Made by a program: the position numbers and the translations under genes. Positions 49,399 through 61,744 of a stretch of 64,000 nucleotides of DNA are shown here, one piece after another; the first letter of the stretch is position 1, and each line of letters starts with the position of its first letter. The DNA is taken from assembly GCF_902713615.1 (NCBI RefSeq), contig NC_052154.1, positions 178,793,873 through 178,857,872 of the forward strand, written 5' to 3'. A model generated the notes under the pieces. The model saw only the letters and a program-made list of their open reading frames with translations, had not been told where the DNA came from and did not search any database. Source of the DNA: Scyliorhinus canicula (lineage: Eukaryota).

Positions 49399-49971
49399 TG
49401 TAGCACGGTGATGCAGTGGTTAGCACTGCTGCCTCACGGCGCAGAGGTCCCACGTTTGATCCCGGCTCTGAGTCACTGTCCGTGTGGAATTTGCACATTC
49501 TCCCCATGTTTGCATGGGATTCTGCCCCACGTGCGCGGGCAGCACGGTAGCATGGTGGTTAGCATAAATGCTTCACAGCTCCAGGGTCCCAGGTTCGATT
49601 CCCGGCTGGGTCACTGTCTGTGCGGAGTCTGCACGTCCTCCCCGTGTGTGCGTGGGTTTCCTCCGGGTGCTCTGGTTTCCTCCCACAGTCCAAAGATGTG
49701 AGGGTTAGGTGGATTGGCCATGCTAAATTGCCCTTAGTGTCCTAAAAAAGTAAGGTTAAGGGGGAGTTGTTGGGTTACGGGTATAGGGTGGATACGTGGG
49801 TTTGAGTAGGGTGATCATTGCTCGGCACAACATCGAGGGCCGGAGGGCCTGGTCTGTGCTGTACTGTTCTATGTTCTAACCCAAAGGATGTGCAGGTAGG
49901 TAGATTGGCCATGCTAAATTGCCCCTGAATTGGAAAAAATGAATTGGGTACTCTAAACTTAAAAAGAAAAT
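49399..49971 (+). mobile_element. A-tailed V-SINE with a nested HE1 SINE (~49537-49878)
   Basis: The outer SINE resumes at AACCCAAAGGATGTG. TSD AATT(C/A)TTTTTTC. Confidence 0.85.
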
Positions 49972-51890
49972 AATTATTTTTTCAAAAATCATTGAGACGG
50001 GCCGGGATTCTCCAAAATCCCGGCTAAGTGTTGATGCCGGCTTAAACACCGGAGTGTTTCACACCGGCGTTAACGGGCCTCTTGGCCCAGTGATTCAGTG
50101 GCCCACAGGGGGCCAGTATGGTGACGGAGTGCTCCACGCAGCTCCGGCGCCGATATGCAGCCCTGCACTGCCAGCGTGAATCTGCACATGCACGCAGCAG
50201 CCATTTCTGTGCTTGCGCCTGTGTGTGTTAGCTGTTTCCACGCTAGTGCATGCGCGTGATGGCCATTTCTGCAACGGCGCTGAACAACATGGCATAGCGA
50301 CACAGCACGCCCGCCGGTTGGTAGCATCCGATCGCAGGCCTGGCCATTGTGCAGGCACCCCAGCCCCCCCACCAGAGTCTAAACCCCCCCAACCCCCCAC
50401 CTGGATGGCCACCGCGGCTGTGGGTCTGAGCTCCCGCCGGGTGGTACCATGTGTGAACCACGCCGGCGGAACTCGACGGGAACCCAGCCGTGGAGAATCG
50501 CCGAGGTCAATTAATCCAACTGTGATCTATAAGTTTCAAATTGCCAATCCAACACTTTTGACTTTAAAAGGTGAACAAGAGATTTAGGGTGTGCCCACGT
50601 ACATGTAAAAAAATGCTACATAAGCTGTGTTTTTGCGATTGTTGTGTGAAAACTGCAGTGTAATATATTTTGTTGTCTTTTAAATGAAAATGAAGTGGTT
50701 CTCTTATTCAGACAGTTCCAGTTGTTAGAATCTAACTCCATTCTTGTTGAATAGCAGCTTGTAGAATGTATATCTTTGGTCAATTCATACTTTTGTCAGT
50801 TTTCTGGTTAGGAACATTGCCACGTTGATTTTAACTAGCAGAGACTGAGGAAAGCATTTGTTGATAGCTCTACTTTTCTTCATTTTTCTCTTTGTTCTTG
50901 GAAGTAACAATTGCATCTGTTTCGCCATAAACTGCATACCCTGATGAGCAGTGTCCTTGGCAAAACACCTCACTGTGCTTTCTCTAATGAAAAATCTTTT
51001 AAAATTTTCATGGCCAACTTAATTAACACATCGATTTTAGCTTAATGCGTTGCAAATTTTGTTCATACTTTGGTGACTCCGTGGTAGAAAATCATGCCCT
51101 CTTGCACAATTACATTTCAAATGATTTGATGAGCTACTGCTGCATGCACTTTACATCTATTGAGTCATAACTAATAGGTTAAAAATGTTACAGAAGGATC
51201 TTTTGTGCATGAACTATGAAGAAATGAAATCAAAGTTTAATAAATGGTTCATTTTTCATACTTTGTACTTTCAATTCAGATAAATAAACAACTGCGACAC
51301 GTCTTTCCATACTCCCATCTTGTGATGAACCGTAGTCAAGTAATTTCTGATTTACCAGGGGTGCAGTTCTATAACCAGCACTGCTACTGAAAAACATCAC
51401 AAACGTTTGTTCGACTAATTCTCTCTGATGTTTCACAGTGATTCTTTTGTAGCCTTTCCTTCTATTCTTCCCTGAAATACTGGAGCTGGATTTTCATCAT
51501 GGGGGTGGGAATTGGGAGTTGGGAATTTTCCCAATATCGCAAACCCACCAATTCTGGCAGCGTTGTGTTATGGAGGTTACACTTACTTCACCGGGGAGTG
51601 GAAGGTCGTGAATTCCTAGGCCTGACGGGAATCAGAGTTTCCGTGCTTGCACAGATCGGGGCCACTGTACCTGTGCAAATCTTGACTTTTCAGTTCTTTG
51701 GGTCACACGAAGAAAGAAACGGTGCAAAGACCCAGGTCTTGTGGCCGGGAGCTGCGGACCATTGAAATTAAGTGTCCCAGGCAGTGTACCAGGAGAGGGG
51801 ACAGGGACAAGTCTAAAAGGTGACCAAGGAGGTCCCAAAGGGATCGTGGTCCCAAATGAATAATTGCAAATGGGATAAACAAGAAAAGTT

Positions 51891-52415
51891 TTTTTTTATA
51901 ATTTAGAGTACCCAATTCATTGTTTCCAATTAAGGGGAAATTTAGCATGGCCAATCCACCTAACCTGCACACAGAATCTCATAGAATTTACAGTGCAGAA
52001 GGAGGCCACTCGGCCCATCGAGTCTGCACCGGCTCTTGGAAAGAGCACCCTACCCGAGGTCAACACCTCCACCCGATCCCCATAACCCAGTAACCCCACC
52101 CAACACTAAGGGCAATTTTGGACACTAAGGGCAATTTATCATGGCCAATCCACCTAACCTGCACATCTTTGGACTGTGGGAGAAAACCGGAGCACCCGGA
52201 GGAAACCCACGCAGACACGGGGAGGATGCTATCCACAATGCTACCGTGCTGCGGTACGTGGGGTTGTGGTTCTTTGGGTTGTGGGGGCGAAGCCCACCAC
52301 AAACACGGGGAGAATGTACAAACTCCACATGGACAGTGACCCAGAGCCAGCATCGAACCTGGGACCTCGGCGCCGTGAGGCAGCAGTGCTAACCACTGCC
52401 CCACCGTGCTGTCCG
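51891..52415 (-). mobile_element. A-tailed V-SINE with a nested HE1 SINE (~51972-52252)
   Basis: TSD GAAAAGTT (51883-51890 and 52416-52423). Confidence 0.85.
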
Positions 52416-55042
52416 GAAAAGTTAGAGAGTAGAAAAAGGATTGTTATTAGCAGGCTTGAAGTGACGTGGGCTCAGGAGAAACCCTGGTGTTCAAAGAGGG
52501 TTCAGGATAAACCTTGAAAATTGAAGAGAGCTCTTGAGAAGCCCTGATGACCATATGATGGCAGCAGAGGCTCCATGCTATGGACCAATAGAGCATTAGT
52601 GCTCTGCTTGGAGCGGCCTTGTGAATCAGTGCACGAGTGTATATTACAGAATCCAGGGGAACGGAATTTCAGGAGACAAGATTAAAACGCTGTGAGGTGA
52701 GCTGCTGTTGACAAGGATGGAGCAACATTTGGAAAGTATTCCCTCGTTAGATTTTGGAAGGTGATGACAGAGTTTCGGTGACTCACAGCGTTTAGTGATC
52801 CGGGTAGGTTCTTGAGAAATTCATGGACTCTTCCTTGGTTGCATTTGTCATTTAGCTTACCTATTAATTCACATGCACCCTATAGTAAAACTGAATGTTG
52901 GAGTACGAGGCAGATATTGTTTTATCTTTCTGACCATGTATAATAAATGTTTATTTATTAGGTGCTCCATTTAAGGTGCTCCGTGTTAAAGGTGCTCCGA
53001 CCTTTAGCTCACCAGGCTAAATCGCTGGCTTTTAAAGCAGACCACGCAGGCCAGCAGCACGGTTCAATTCCCGTACCAGCCTCCCCGGACAGGTGCCAGA
53101 ATGTGGCGACTAGGGGCTTTTCACAGTAACTTCATTGAAGCCTACTCGTGACAATAAGCGATTTTTATTTAGGGGCTGTTTAGCTCACAGGGCTAATCGC
53201 TGACTTTGAAAGCGGACCAAGACAAGCCAGCAGCACGGTTCGATTCCCGTAACAGCCTCCCCGAACAGGCGCCGGAATGTGGCAACTAGGGGCTTTTCAC
53301 AGTAACTTCATTGAAGTCTACTCGTGACAATAAGCGATTTTTTTTTTTTTTTGTTGTTTGTTCAAAGCCTGTGGCATCATGTGACTTTATTCTCATAACA
53401 AATCTCTTAAATCTCAAACTTTGTCTACTTTAAACAATACATTATTGGTCCCTAATCAAGGCGAAGTTAATCACAAAAGCAGAAGAGTTAGAAATAAAAA
53501 CAGGGACTAAGAATTCACCCATAATTGAGATAACAGCACAGCATGGGGGGCTGGAAGAAGAAAAATGAATCCAGATAGCAATTCAGTTGAGCTAGCTAGA
53601 ATTTAGTTGCAGATGAATCTGCTTGAGAGAAAAAAAGAAATGAAAGAGCTAGAAGGGGGAAAAGAGAAAAAAATAAAAAATGAAAGGAATAGAAAAGTGA
53701 AAGCTTGAGTTTCAAAGCGAAAAAATAAATTAAACAGTATGAACTGTCAAAATAAACAGACATCACTTGAATAGGCATTTCAAAAACTATTACCCTCTTT
53801 AAAACGTGTAAATCCGTCAAAATAAACAAGCAACAGATGAAAGGCACCTGAAAAAGCCATTACCCTCTTCAGGAGCTCATAAGTCTATTAAAACCATCAA
53901 ATTCACATTCCCCAAGATATCTGAAGCTCTGCAGGACGTGAAAACACCCAAATGTTTATTCATATGCCAAAGCTTTCACACAGCCAAACAGATGGCTAAG
54001 CTGATCGGCAAAGAATGAAATACAACAATTGGAAGTTTAAAAAGTCAGTCCTCACACAGGGCTAGCCTTTCAATGTGGTACAATACAGAATAATCATAAT
54101 AATAAGAATAACACTTGATCGAAAGGATAACCTATTCCAATGCATCTGATGACTTTTCCATTTTTATAATCCTGTTCTTTCGCTTGACAGTTGGCTGATG
54201 TATTATATGATTCCAGCATTCTGTGATAAACTGTGAAGGAAACAGCACCATTTTTATTCATCTTTTGTACTATTCGCACCTCTGATCTATAGTTCAGATC
54301 TCCAATTTCAGGATGATTTAGAAAGTCTCCAAAATGCAGCTGCCTTGTTGGAAATTGCAGAAGTTCAGAGGGGCCCATATCCAGAACAGTGCTGGTAACT
54401 TCTAAGTGGCAGCATATGGGATACCTGATGCACGTCCCCTTTCCCGAGCCCCTGAAAATAGCCGGGGGAAGAAACAAAGGAGCACTCCCGTATTCACCAC
54501 TCAGCAGGCATTTTTCCTCGATTCCAACTTTTGCGGACTCTAAACCGGACAGTTAAATCCAGCCCTTACACTTTATGGAGGGTATTTTAAGGCACTTCCT
54601 ATCGGCGGCATCTTCTGGTCCTACTAACTGCCAGTGGAAAAGGAGGGTGGATGTTTATATACAACAGGAAACTCCAATGGCAGCACTGTCACTGGCCTAT
54701 GGCAGGCTTATCCCGCCACCATGAAACACATCGCAGAGGCGTGCAAAGTCTGGCCCTACATCTTCATTGCTTTGTTAAATAACATCGGAATATGCTACTT
54801 TAAAGAGAGAAAGGCTCCTTCACTTATTGTCTTGAACGTGCTTTGCTTAATGTGCATATGTAGTGGTTCAGTGCAGGTGGTCCCAAACTGTGGGTCATGA
54901 CTCCGGGGGGTTACAGATTGATCATTTGGGGTCATGAACTCAGAGGCAGCAATGGCGACAGTTGAGTAGAGTTTTTGATTTGATAGTCCTGGGATCAGTG
55001 GCAAGGCCCCAGTATGTGCATGCACACAATTCTTTTCCCCAC

Positions 55043-55242
55043 GGGGGCAGCGGGGTGGCACAGGTCCCAGGTTCGATCCCGGCTCTGGGTCACTGTCCAT
55101 GTGGAGTTTGCACATTCTTCCCGTTTGCGTGGGTTTCGCCCTCACAACCCAAAGATGTGCAGGGTAGGTGGATTGGCCTTGATAAATTGTCCCTTAATTG
55201 GAACAAATGAATTGAATATTCTAAATTTATGGGGAAAAAATA
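55043..55242 (+). mobile_element. A-tailed V-SINE (another at ~1705-1930)
   Basis: TSD TTTTCCCCAC (55033-55042 and 55243-55252). Confidence 0.85.
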
Positions 55243-57649
55243 TTTTCCCCACATCCCCATTTGAGTCTTTAACCACCACAACCCCACAATGCTCTTCCAC
55301 CCCCACCCCTCACACACACACACCACTCTCACTCTCATTTTTTAAGTGTTGAAATGGAGTCAAGGTGCAAATATGTTTAGAATGCACTGGTTTAATGGCT
55401 TCAAGCTTTAACATTTTCAGAACATGACACGCAGAGACTTAACAAGGATAAATAGCAGATGTCCCTTGCTTTCCTTGAGTTCCACTTGTTTATGCTGATT
55501 TCTGCTGGCTTCTTGCCATTTTTTAATGTTCGGGCACACACCAATGAGAATCTCAGGGATTTGGGCCATTGGCAAGACCAGGGTAGAAAATTTTCGTGCA
55601 AGCCAGAGTTAAGAAATTCAAGCCCACCCTCCTCACCCGCTCTTTGTTCGTGGAAGAAAACTTTATTTCCCTTGAAATTTTTCCATTGCTATGTTTCTTT
55701 CAGCTGATAGGAGTCAAATTGGGATTTGGAAGGTCAAAACTCTGTCTCCATAGAGGTTGCTTAATCCACTTGAGTGTTTTCCAGCATTTAAGATCTTATT
55801 GGAAAATGTTCCCATTTCATTCACCAAGGGACAGGACTCATGATTTAGCACTCTTGACAGGTTGCAAAATCTTGCATCTGCACCAGCCAGGCAGGTTGAC
55901 TCCATACACAATTTCCTATTGTGCACTCTGTTGCAGGAAGCACTGTACTACCAGTGCTGAATCTTAAAATCTGCTCCCTAGTTTTGATATTATTCATTCC
56001 CAATGCCCCCTTCACCCCAGCCTCAAACTATCGGACCCATTTCAGACTCGCCATTGATGTGACCTTTTTTAATTATAAGAGAGATCAAAAATTACAGAAA
56101 ACTAGAAAAATATTGATATTTCGCCATAAGAATGGTCTTCGCACCAAAGTGCTCAGCATTTTTCCTTTTGAATTCAGCATGCTGGGGGGATTGGAGGGGT
56201 ACATGACTCTCTGGTCCTGCGTACTAGTGGATGGGATATTGGCTAAACATCTCAGGGGCTGGTTTAGCACACTGGGCTAAATCGCTGGCTTTTTAAAGCA
56301 GACCAAGACAGGCCAGATGCACGGTTCAATTCCCGTACCAGGCTCCCCGAACAGGTGCTGGAATGTGGCAACGAGGGTCTTTTCACAGTAACTTAATTGA
56401 AGCCTACTCCTGATAATAAGCGATTTACATTTAATTTCATGTCACTGAATTTAAAATACCAGGCAATGAGTCTGGAGACAATAGTGTCGACATGAAAACA
56501 TCAGGGAAAGCCAATAAATTGGAATGTCTTCTGTTGGATTTGGATTTTGTTTATTCTCTCGTGTACTAAGGTACAGTGAAAAGTATTTTTGGTTATTGTT
56601 GGTATTGTTAGTTATGTGTTTTCAAAAACTATTGGAAAATGTCAGCTGCTCAAGGCAGGAACAGTTTGGTTATGCCAATGGAACTCGTACTTTTGATAAG
56701 TTGGTTAGCCTAGCAACACTGCAAACGTATGTTTACCTGAGGCAAGCCGGTGACAATGGGGAACAGAACATAACAGATTTTTGATAGAGGTTCAAAGGAG
56801 GAGACAAGGTGTGAACTTTGCATTCACACACTAAGAGGTAGACTCACAAAATGAACATATTTACGTTTGGTTTCGAAGAGGTCAATTCAGATAAGAGAAG
56901 GTCAAAGGGGGAAAATTGTATAGCAGGAGATGATTAATCCGATGCAGGGGTAGCTAATTCAGACCTCAGACACAGGAGCAATAGCTGTTTAACACCCAGC
57001 AAGTCATTTCTGTTAATACAGTCTATCTTGAAAAGCCACCTGTGCCCCTAAACAGGTATGGTGACCCTCAGGTTAAACCACCACCAGTCATCTCTGTCTC
57101 TAAAGGGGAGAGGAGTCAATGGTGCTCGGGGACTATGGCGACTTTCATTTCATTTGATTTACCTCAGAAACAAACCCCCAAAGATATCTAACTACTTTGT
57201 GTGGTAACTGTTGCTGGAATTTTTGTTATAGTTTTGAAAAATGTATAAGGTATTGTGGAACACCCGAGGAGAATTAACTCTGAAGGTTGGGCAAAAAGGT
57301 TATTTGGAACTGGGTAAAATTGCCGATACTGAATAGGCTTTGTCTTAGTTAAGGGTAACTCCTAGTATATTCCTCAATAAACATTTATTTTATTTAAAAT
57401 CATCACAAAACATTTGGGGCATCATTCTCTGGATTTCAAACTTTTCCTCATGTTGTATCAAATTACAAAATTTCAGTTGAGGTCACTTGTTCCACGTTTC
57501 CCTTCTCTGATTTGCTTACTGTCAGCCTTGTTCTGAACAGTGCAAAGAAATGAAGACAAGTTACAACGGCATCAAAGTTTCCTCGATAATGAGCAGGCAG
57601 CCCTTCTGCAGAATTGTCAGTGCATGGAGAGGTAAATCATCAAGATCAG

Positions 57650-58300
57650 GGGCTGGATTCTCCCCTACCCAGCGGGGCAGGGGGTCCCGGTGGGATGGAG
57701 TGGCGTGGATCACTCCGGCGTCGGGCTGCCACAAAGGTGCGGATTTCTCCGCACCTTTAGGGGCTAAGCCCTCACCTTGAGGGGCGAGGCCTGCGCCGGA
57801 GTGGTTCCCGTCCCGCCGGCTGGCGTGGAAGGCCTTTGGCACCACGCCAGTCGGGGCCAAAGGGACTTCGCCGGCCGGCGGACGTCCACACATGCGCGGG
57901 AGCGTCAGTAGCTGTTGACGTCATCCCCACACATGCGCAGGGGACGGGGTCACTTCTGCGTCGGCCATCGCGTAGTCAACGCGGAACGAAAAGAGTTCCT
58001 CTACGGCATAGGCCCACCCACGAATCGGTGGGCCCCGATCGCGGGCCAGGCCACCGTGGGGGCACCCCCCGGGGCCAGATCGCCCCGCGCCCCCCCAGGA
58101 CCCCGGAGCCCGCCCGCGCCGCCAGTCCCGCTGGTAAGGGAGGTGGTTTGATTCACGCCGGCTGGACCGGCATTACAGCAGCGGGACTTCGACCCATCGC
58201 AGGCCGGAGAATCGCCGTGGAGGGGTTCGCCAACTGGCGCGCACAATCCCCGCGCCCGCCGAATCTCTGACCCCCAGCGGGGGGTCGGAGAATCCAGCCC
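57650..58300. mobile_element. GC-rich PIF/Harbinger-like MITE
   Basis: Perfect 14-bp TIR GGGCTGGATTCTCC/GGAGAATCCAGCCC and 3-bp TSD CAG. Confidence 0.88.
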
Positions 58301-58424
58301 CAGGTGCTGCAACATTGATATTGAAAGGTGGGAATCTGCATATTCTCCACCTCTTTGTCCCCAGCACTGCTCACCCCTGCTCCCCATCCAACAACTATCT
58401 CCTGTTTAATAAGAAAAAAAAAAC

Positions 58425-58840
58425 TGGCACTTACATATAGTATTTTCATGACCTCAGGATGTCACCAAGTGCTTAATGACCAATGGCATTTTCTTTCTAA
58501 ACTAGTCACTTGAGATATAGGCAAGCTTGGCAGCCAAATTGAGCACAACAATTAGGGAACTATCTATTTTATTTGTGTGGCGTGAGGGACATTTATTAAC
58601 CAGGACAGTGGAATGAATTCCCCGTGCCCTTCTTAAGATAGTGCTGTGCTATTTTTGTTCGTACACCTAAAAGGATATATGAGGCTTGGTTTAATATCCC
58701 ATCTAAAAGATTGCAGCTCCAACAATGCAGCACTCCCTCAGTGCAGCACCAAAGTGCCGGACTGGACTTTGTGCTCGTGGCTCTGCAATGAGGCTGAATC
58801 CTTCTCTACTTGTGGCGACAGTGTAGCACTGATCCATGGC
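58425..58840 (-). mobile_element. DeuSINE (SacSINE1/AmnSINE1-like)
   Basis: The reverse complement contains the Deu-domain signature CTGAGGGAGTGCTGCATTGTTGGAG...TCTTTTAGATGGGATATTAAACC...GTCCTGG, as recalled. Confidence 0.7.
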
Positions 58841-58889
58841 TGATGCTTCCCGCGAGATGTCGCAAAGTAAAAGAAAGTACCCACTTTCA

Positions 58890-60740
58890 CCCCAGCTTGC
58901 AAGAATATACTCTTCATTATTTTATTTCTGCTTTCTGGCTGTCAACCAATTATCAGTGCAAACCTGTACCTTTTCCCCCAAAACCCCTGCTTTCTAATAT
59001 TGTTTGATAACCTGATGTCAGGAGCCTTAGCAAACGTCTTCTGAAAATCAAAATACATCACATCCACTGGTTCTCCTTTATCTATGGTACATGTAAAATC
59101 CTCAACAAACTCCAACATGTTTGTCAAATATGTTTTCCCTTTCATAAATCCATAGTGATTGTGTCCAATCATTATGTTCTAAGTGTCCAGTTATCGCATT
59201 TGTGATTCTCCATTGGCTGACGCCGAAATCGCAAAAGGTAATTGGGCGGAGAAAACGTTCCAACCGCACAAATTTAACACCAAATCGCAATTCTCCGTCA
59301 ATGCGGCCCAGAACGCAAGTACAGAAAACACTGTTTGACTATCATTAGCGGGCCCGGCCCGATATTCTCCGGGGCTTCTGCGATTCTCCACCTCCGATGG
59401 GCTGTGTTCCCAACGGCGCGGTTCACTTATGCTTTTAAAAATGGTGAAACCGACCTTTGCGGCTGATAAGGGAGAGAGAGGAGGTAGGACACAGAGAGGC
59501 ATGACTGTGGGCTGCCGGGCCGGACACTGGCCGAGCTGACTGAGGTAGAGGGGGTCCTGCCAGGGCGGGGTGGGCGGAAACTGGCCGTGTGGCCAGGGTG
59601 ACCCCCCATGGGACTGGGGCGGTGTCGAAGCAAGGACTGCCGTTACCATGGCCTGCAAGGCAGCCACCTTGCTGCGCACCCAACTAACCACCCATCTTGG
59701 CCCCTGGTTCTGCAGAGTGACACCGGCAGTATGGGTGCCCCTACTGCACCCCCCGCCATACCTACAACACCCAACTGGCTGCCACCCGCCGGCGGGGCAT
59801 CAGGCGGCCTACCTATGACAATGGCCACTATAGCCCTTATGGAGACGTCGGGCGGGAGCCGCGTAGCATACTGCTGGCAAGGACAGTGCCAGCCAACGGT
59901 ACCTCTGGCATCAGGGTCTGGCGCCAGGGCCAGAAGTACCTACAGTGCCAGGCACCGATAGAGCCAGTGGTGCGGGAATGCGGGGGGCAACATGCTGGGG
60001 CATGTTGGCCGCTCTCATTGCTGCCATCTTGTTGGCTGCGATGGCGTGTGTGGGGAGTGAAGTGTAGATTTGCGGCTGCAGCTTATCAACCTCCTGCGTG
60101 TCAATCTGTGACCCGGCGAATTCCGCGCCATTTCTCATTGGAATCGATTGTGTTCCACGTGACACCGGTGCTAATCCCTGAACAGTAGCTGAATCGGTCC
60201 AGTTTTGCTGTCGTGGAACTTGACAAATCCTGAGCCAGTGTTAACAGTAAGTCTCAGAAATGGAGTATCCAGCCGCTTATCATTATAATAGACTCTAATA
60301 TTTTGACGTTTATTGACGTCAAACATCTGTAGTTCTTAATTCTCCTCCCCCTGCCGCCCCCCCCACCGGCCCCTTCTTAAATAATGGGGTATATTTGTCA
60401 CTTTCCAGTCTATAGGAACCGTTCCAGAATAACAACCAATGCGTCTACTATCTCTACATCTGCCTTCTTCAATACTCTGGGATGTAGCTCATCAGGTCCA
60501 GGGGATTTATCGACCTTCAAACCAATTAATTTTTTGAGCACTCCCTCTGTATTAACACTGATTCTTTTCTGTTCTTCATTTTCAAAAACCCTTTGGTTTT
60601 CTCTGGTGTCTCTGTGAATTCTTCCGCATCTTTCCCTGTGAAGACAGGCACAAATAAATGGTTTAATTTCCCTATTCTCCATTATAAATTCTCCTGTCTC
60701 TGCCTTAATGGAGCCACATTTGTCCTTGCTAAACTTATGG
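58890..60740 (-). mobile_element. Degraded CR1 RT region split by a GC-rich DNA element (~59190-60275)
   Basis: GFMKGK...DVMYFDFQKTF and LKVDKSPGPDELHPRVLK. Confidence 0.75.
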
Positions 60741-61107
60741 CCCAGCCTTTGTCCTTGTCCTGTCGGAGTTAGATATGATGAAATTAAAAATTACATTTAA
60801 TCCTGTTTGTAGCCCTGAAACCACAAGGAAGTGAATCAAGTTTGCCAAAAGTAATTTAATTTGGGACACCATGACCTTTTCCTTCAGATTTATGAAAGAA
60901 AATAAGTCTTGAATGATGATCATCAAAGAAATTAAAATAGTGTTTGCATTTTTTTCTGCTAACCTAGTGATCGGATCTTTGCAGCATTTCATTTTTCTTT
61001 ATTCATTCATGACTCGCGGCCTCACTGGCTCAGTCAGCATTTATTTCCCATCCCTAATTGCCCTTGAGAAAGGGGGTGGTGAGCCGCCTTCTAAAACCAC
61101 TGCCATC

Positions 61108-61744
61108 TGTCACGTGAGAGTACCTTTAAGAAATGGGTTTTTATAAATGGGTGTATGTATAAATATCTGTAGTGAGAGTGCCTTTAAGAAATGCGTGTTT
61201 ATCATTGCAGTGATGTCAGAGAGTGGGTGGAGCTGGGCTGCCTGTCAGCTTTTTACTTTTGTTTTAGGCTGTTTGCTGCAGGGTGCGTTTTAGTTTCGTT
61301 TTCAGCGTGGGAGCTGAAGCCAGACAGAGCAGCTGTACTGTTGATCTCTCTGCCATGAAAAAACTATCTCTTGATCATTTGGTGAATTCAGAATTATAAA
61401 TGTTTTCAATAATGACTTTAACCTCATGTGCTTCTGTGAAAAGGTGTTTCTTTTGTAAGTCTTCTAGATGTTAAAAGGACAGCGTAAGCATTACTTAGTG
61501 TTGTATTCTCAGGGGGGTTGTATTTGAATTAATGGTTGCTGAGATGTTCACTGTATGTTTTAAAAAAGTTAACTTGAGTTCATAGAATAAACATTGTTTT
61601 GCTTTTAAAATATACTTCTCCATTTCTGGTGTACCTCACCTGTAGACTGGGCCGTGTGCTCCCCATACTACAATCTATTAAAAGTTGTGGGTCAGGTGAA
61701 CTACATGATACACTTTGGGGTTCTCTAAACCCTGGCCCATAACA
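61108..61744 (+). mobile_element. Solo LTR (Gypsy-type) inserted in a LINE 3' tail
   Basis: TGTCAC...ATAACA ends, 4-bp TSD CATC (61104-61107 and 61745-61748), AATAAA at ~61586. Confidence 0.88.

Noticed and set aside
51760-53740. Probable old LTR and gag-like remnant (similar sequence ~56440-57540)
   Set aside because: I could not define termini, TSD or convincing motifs.
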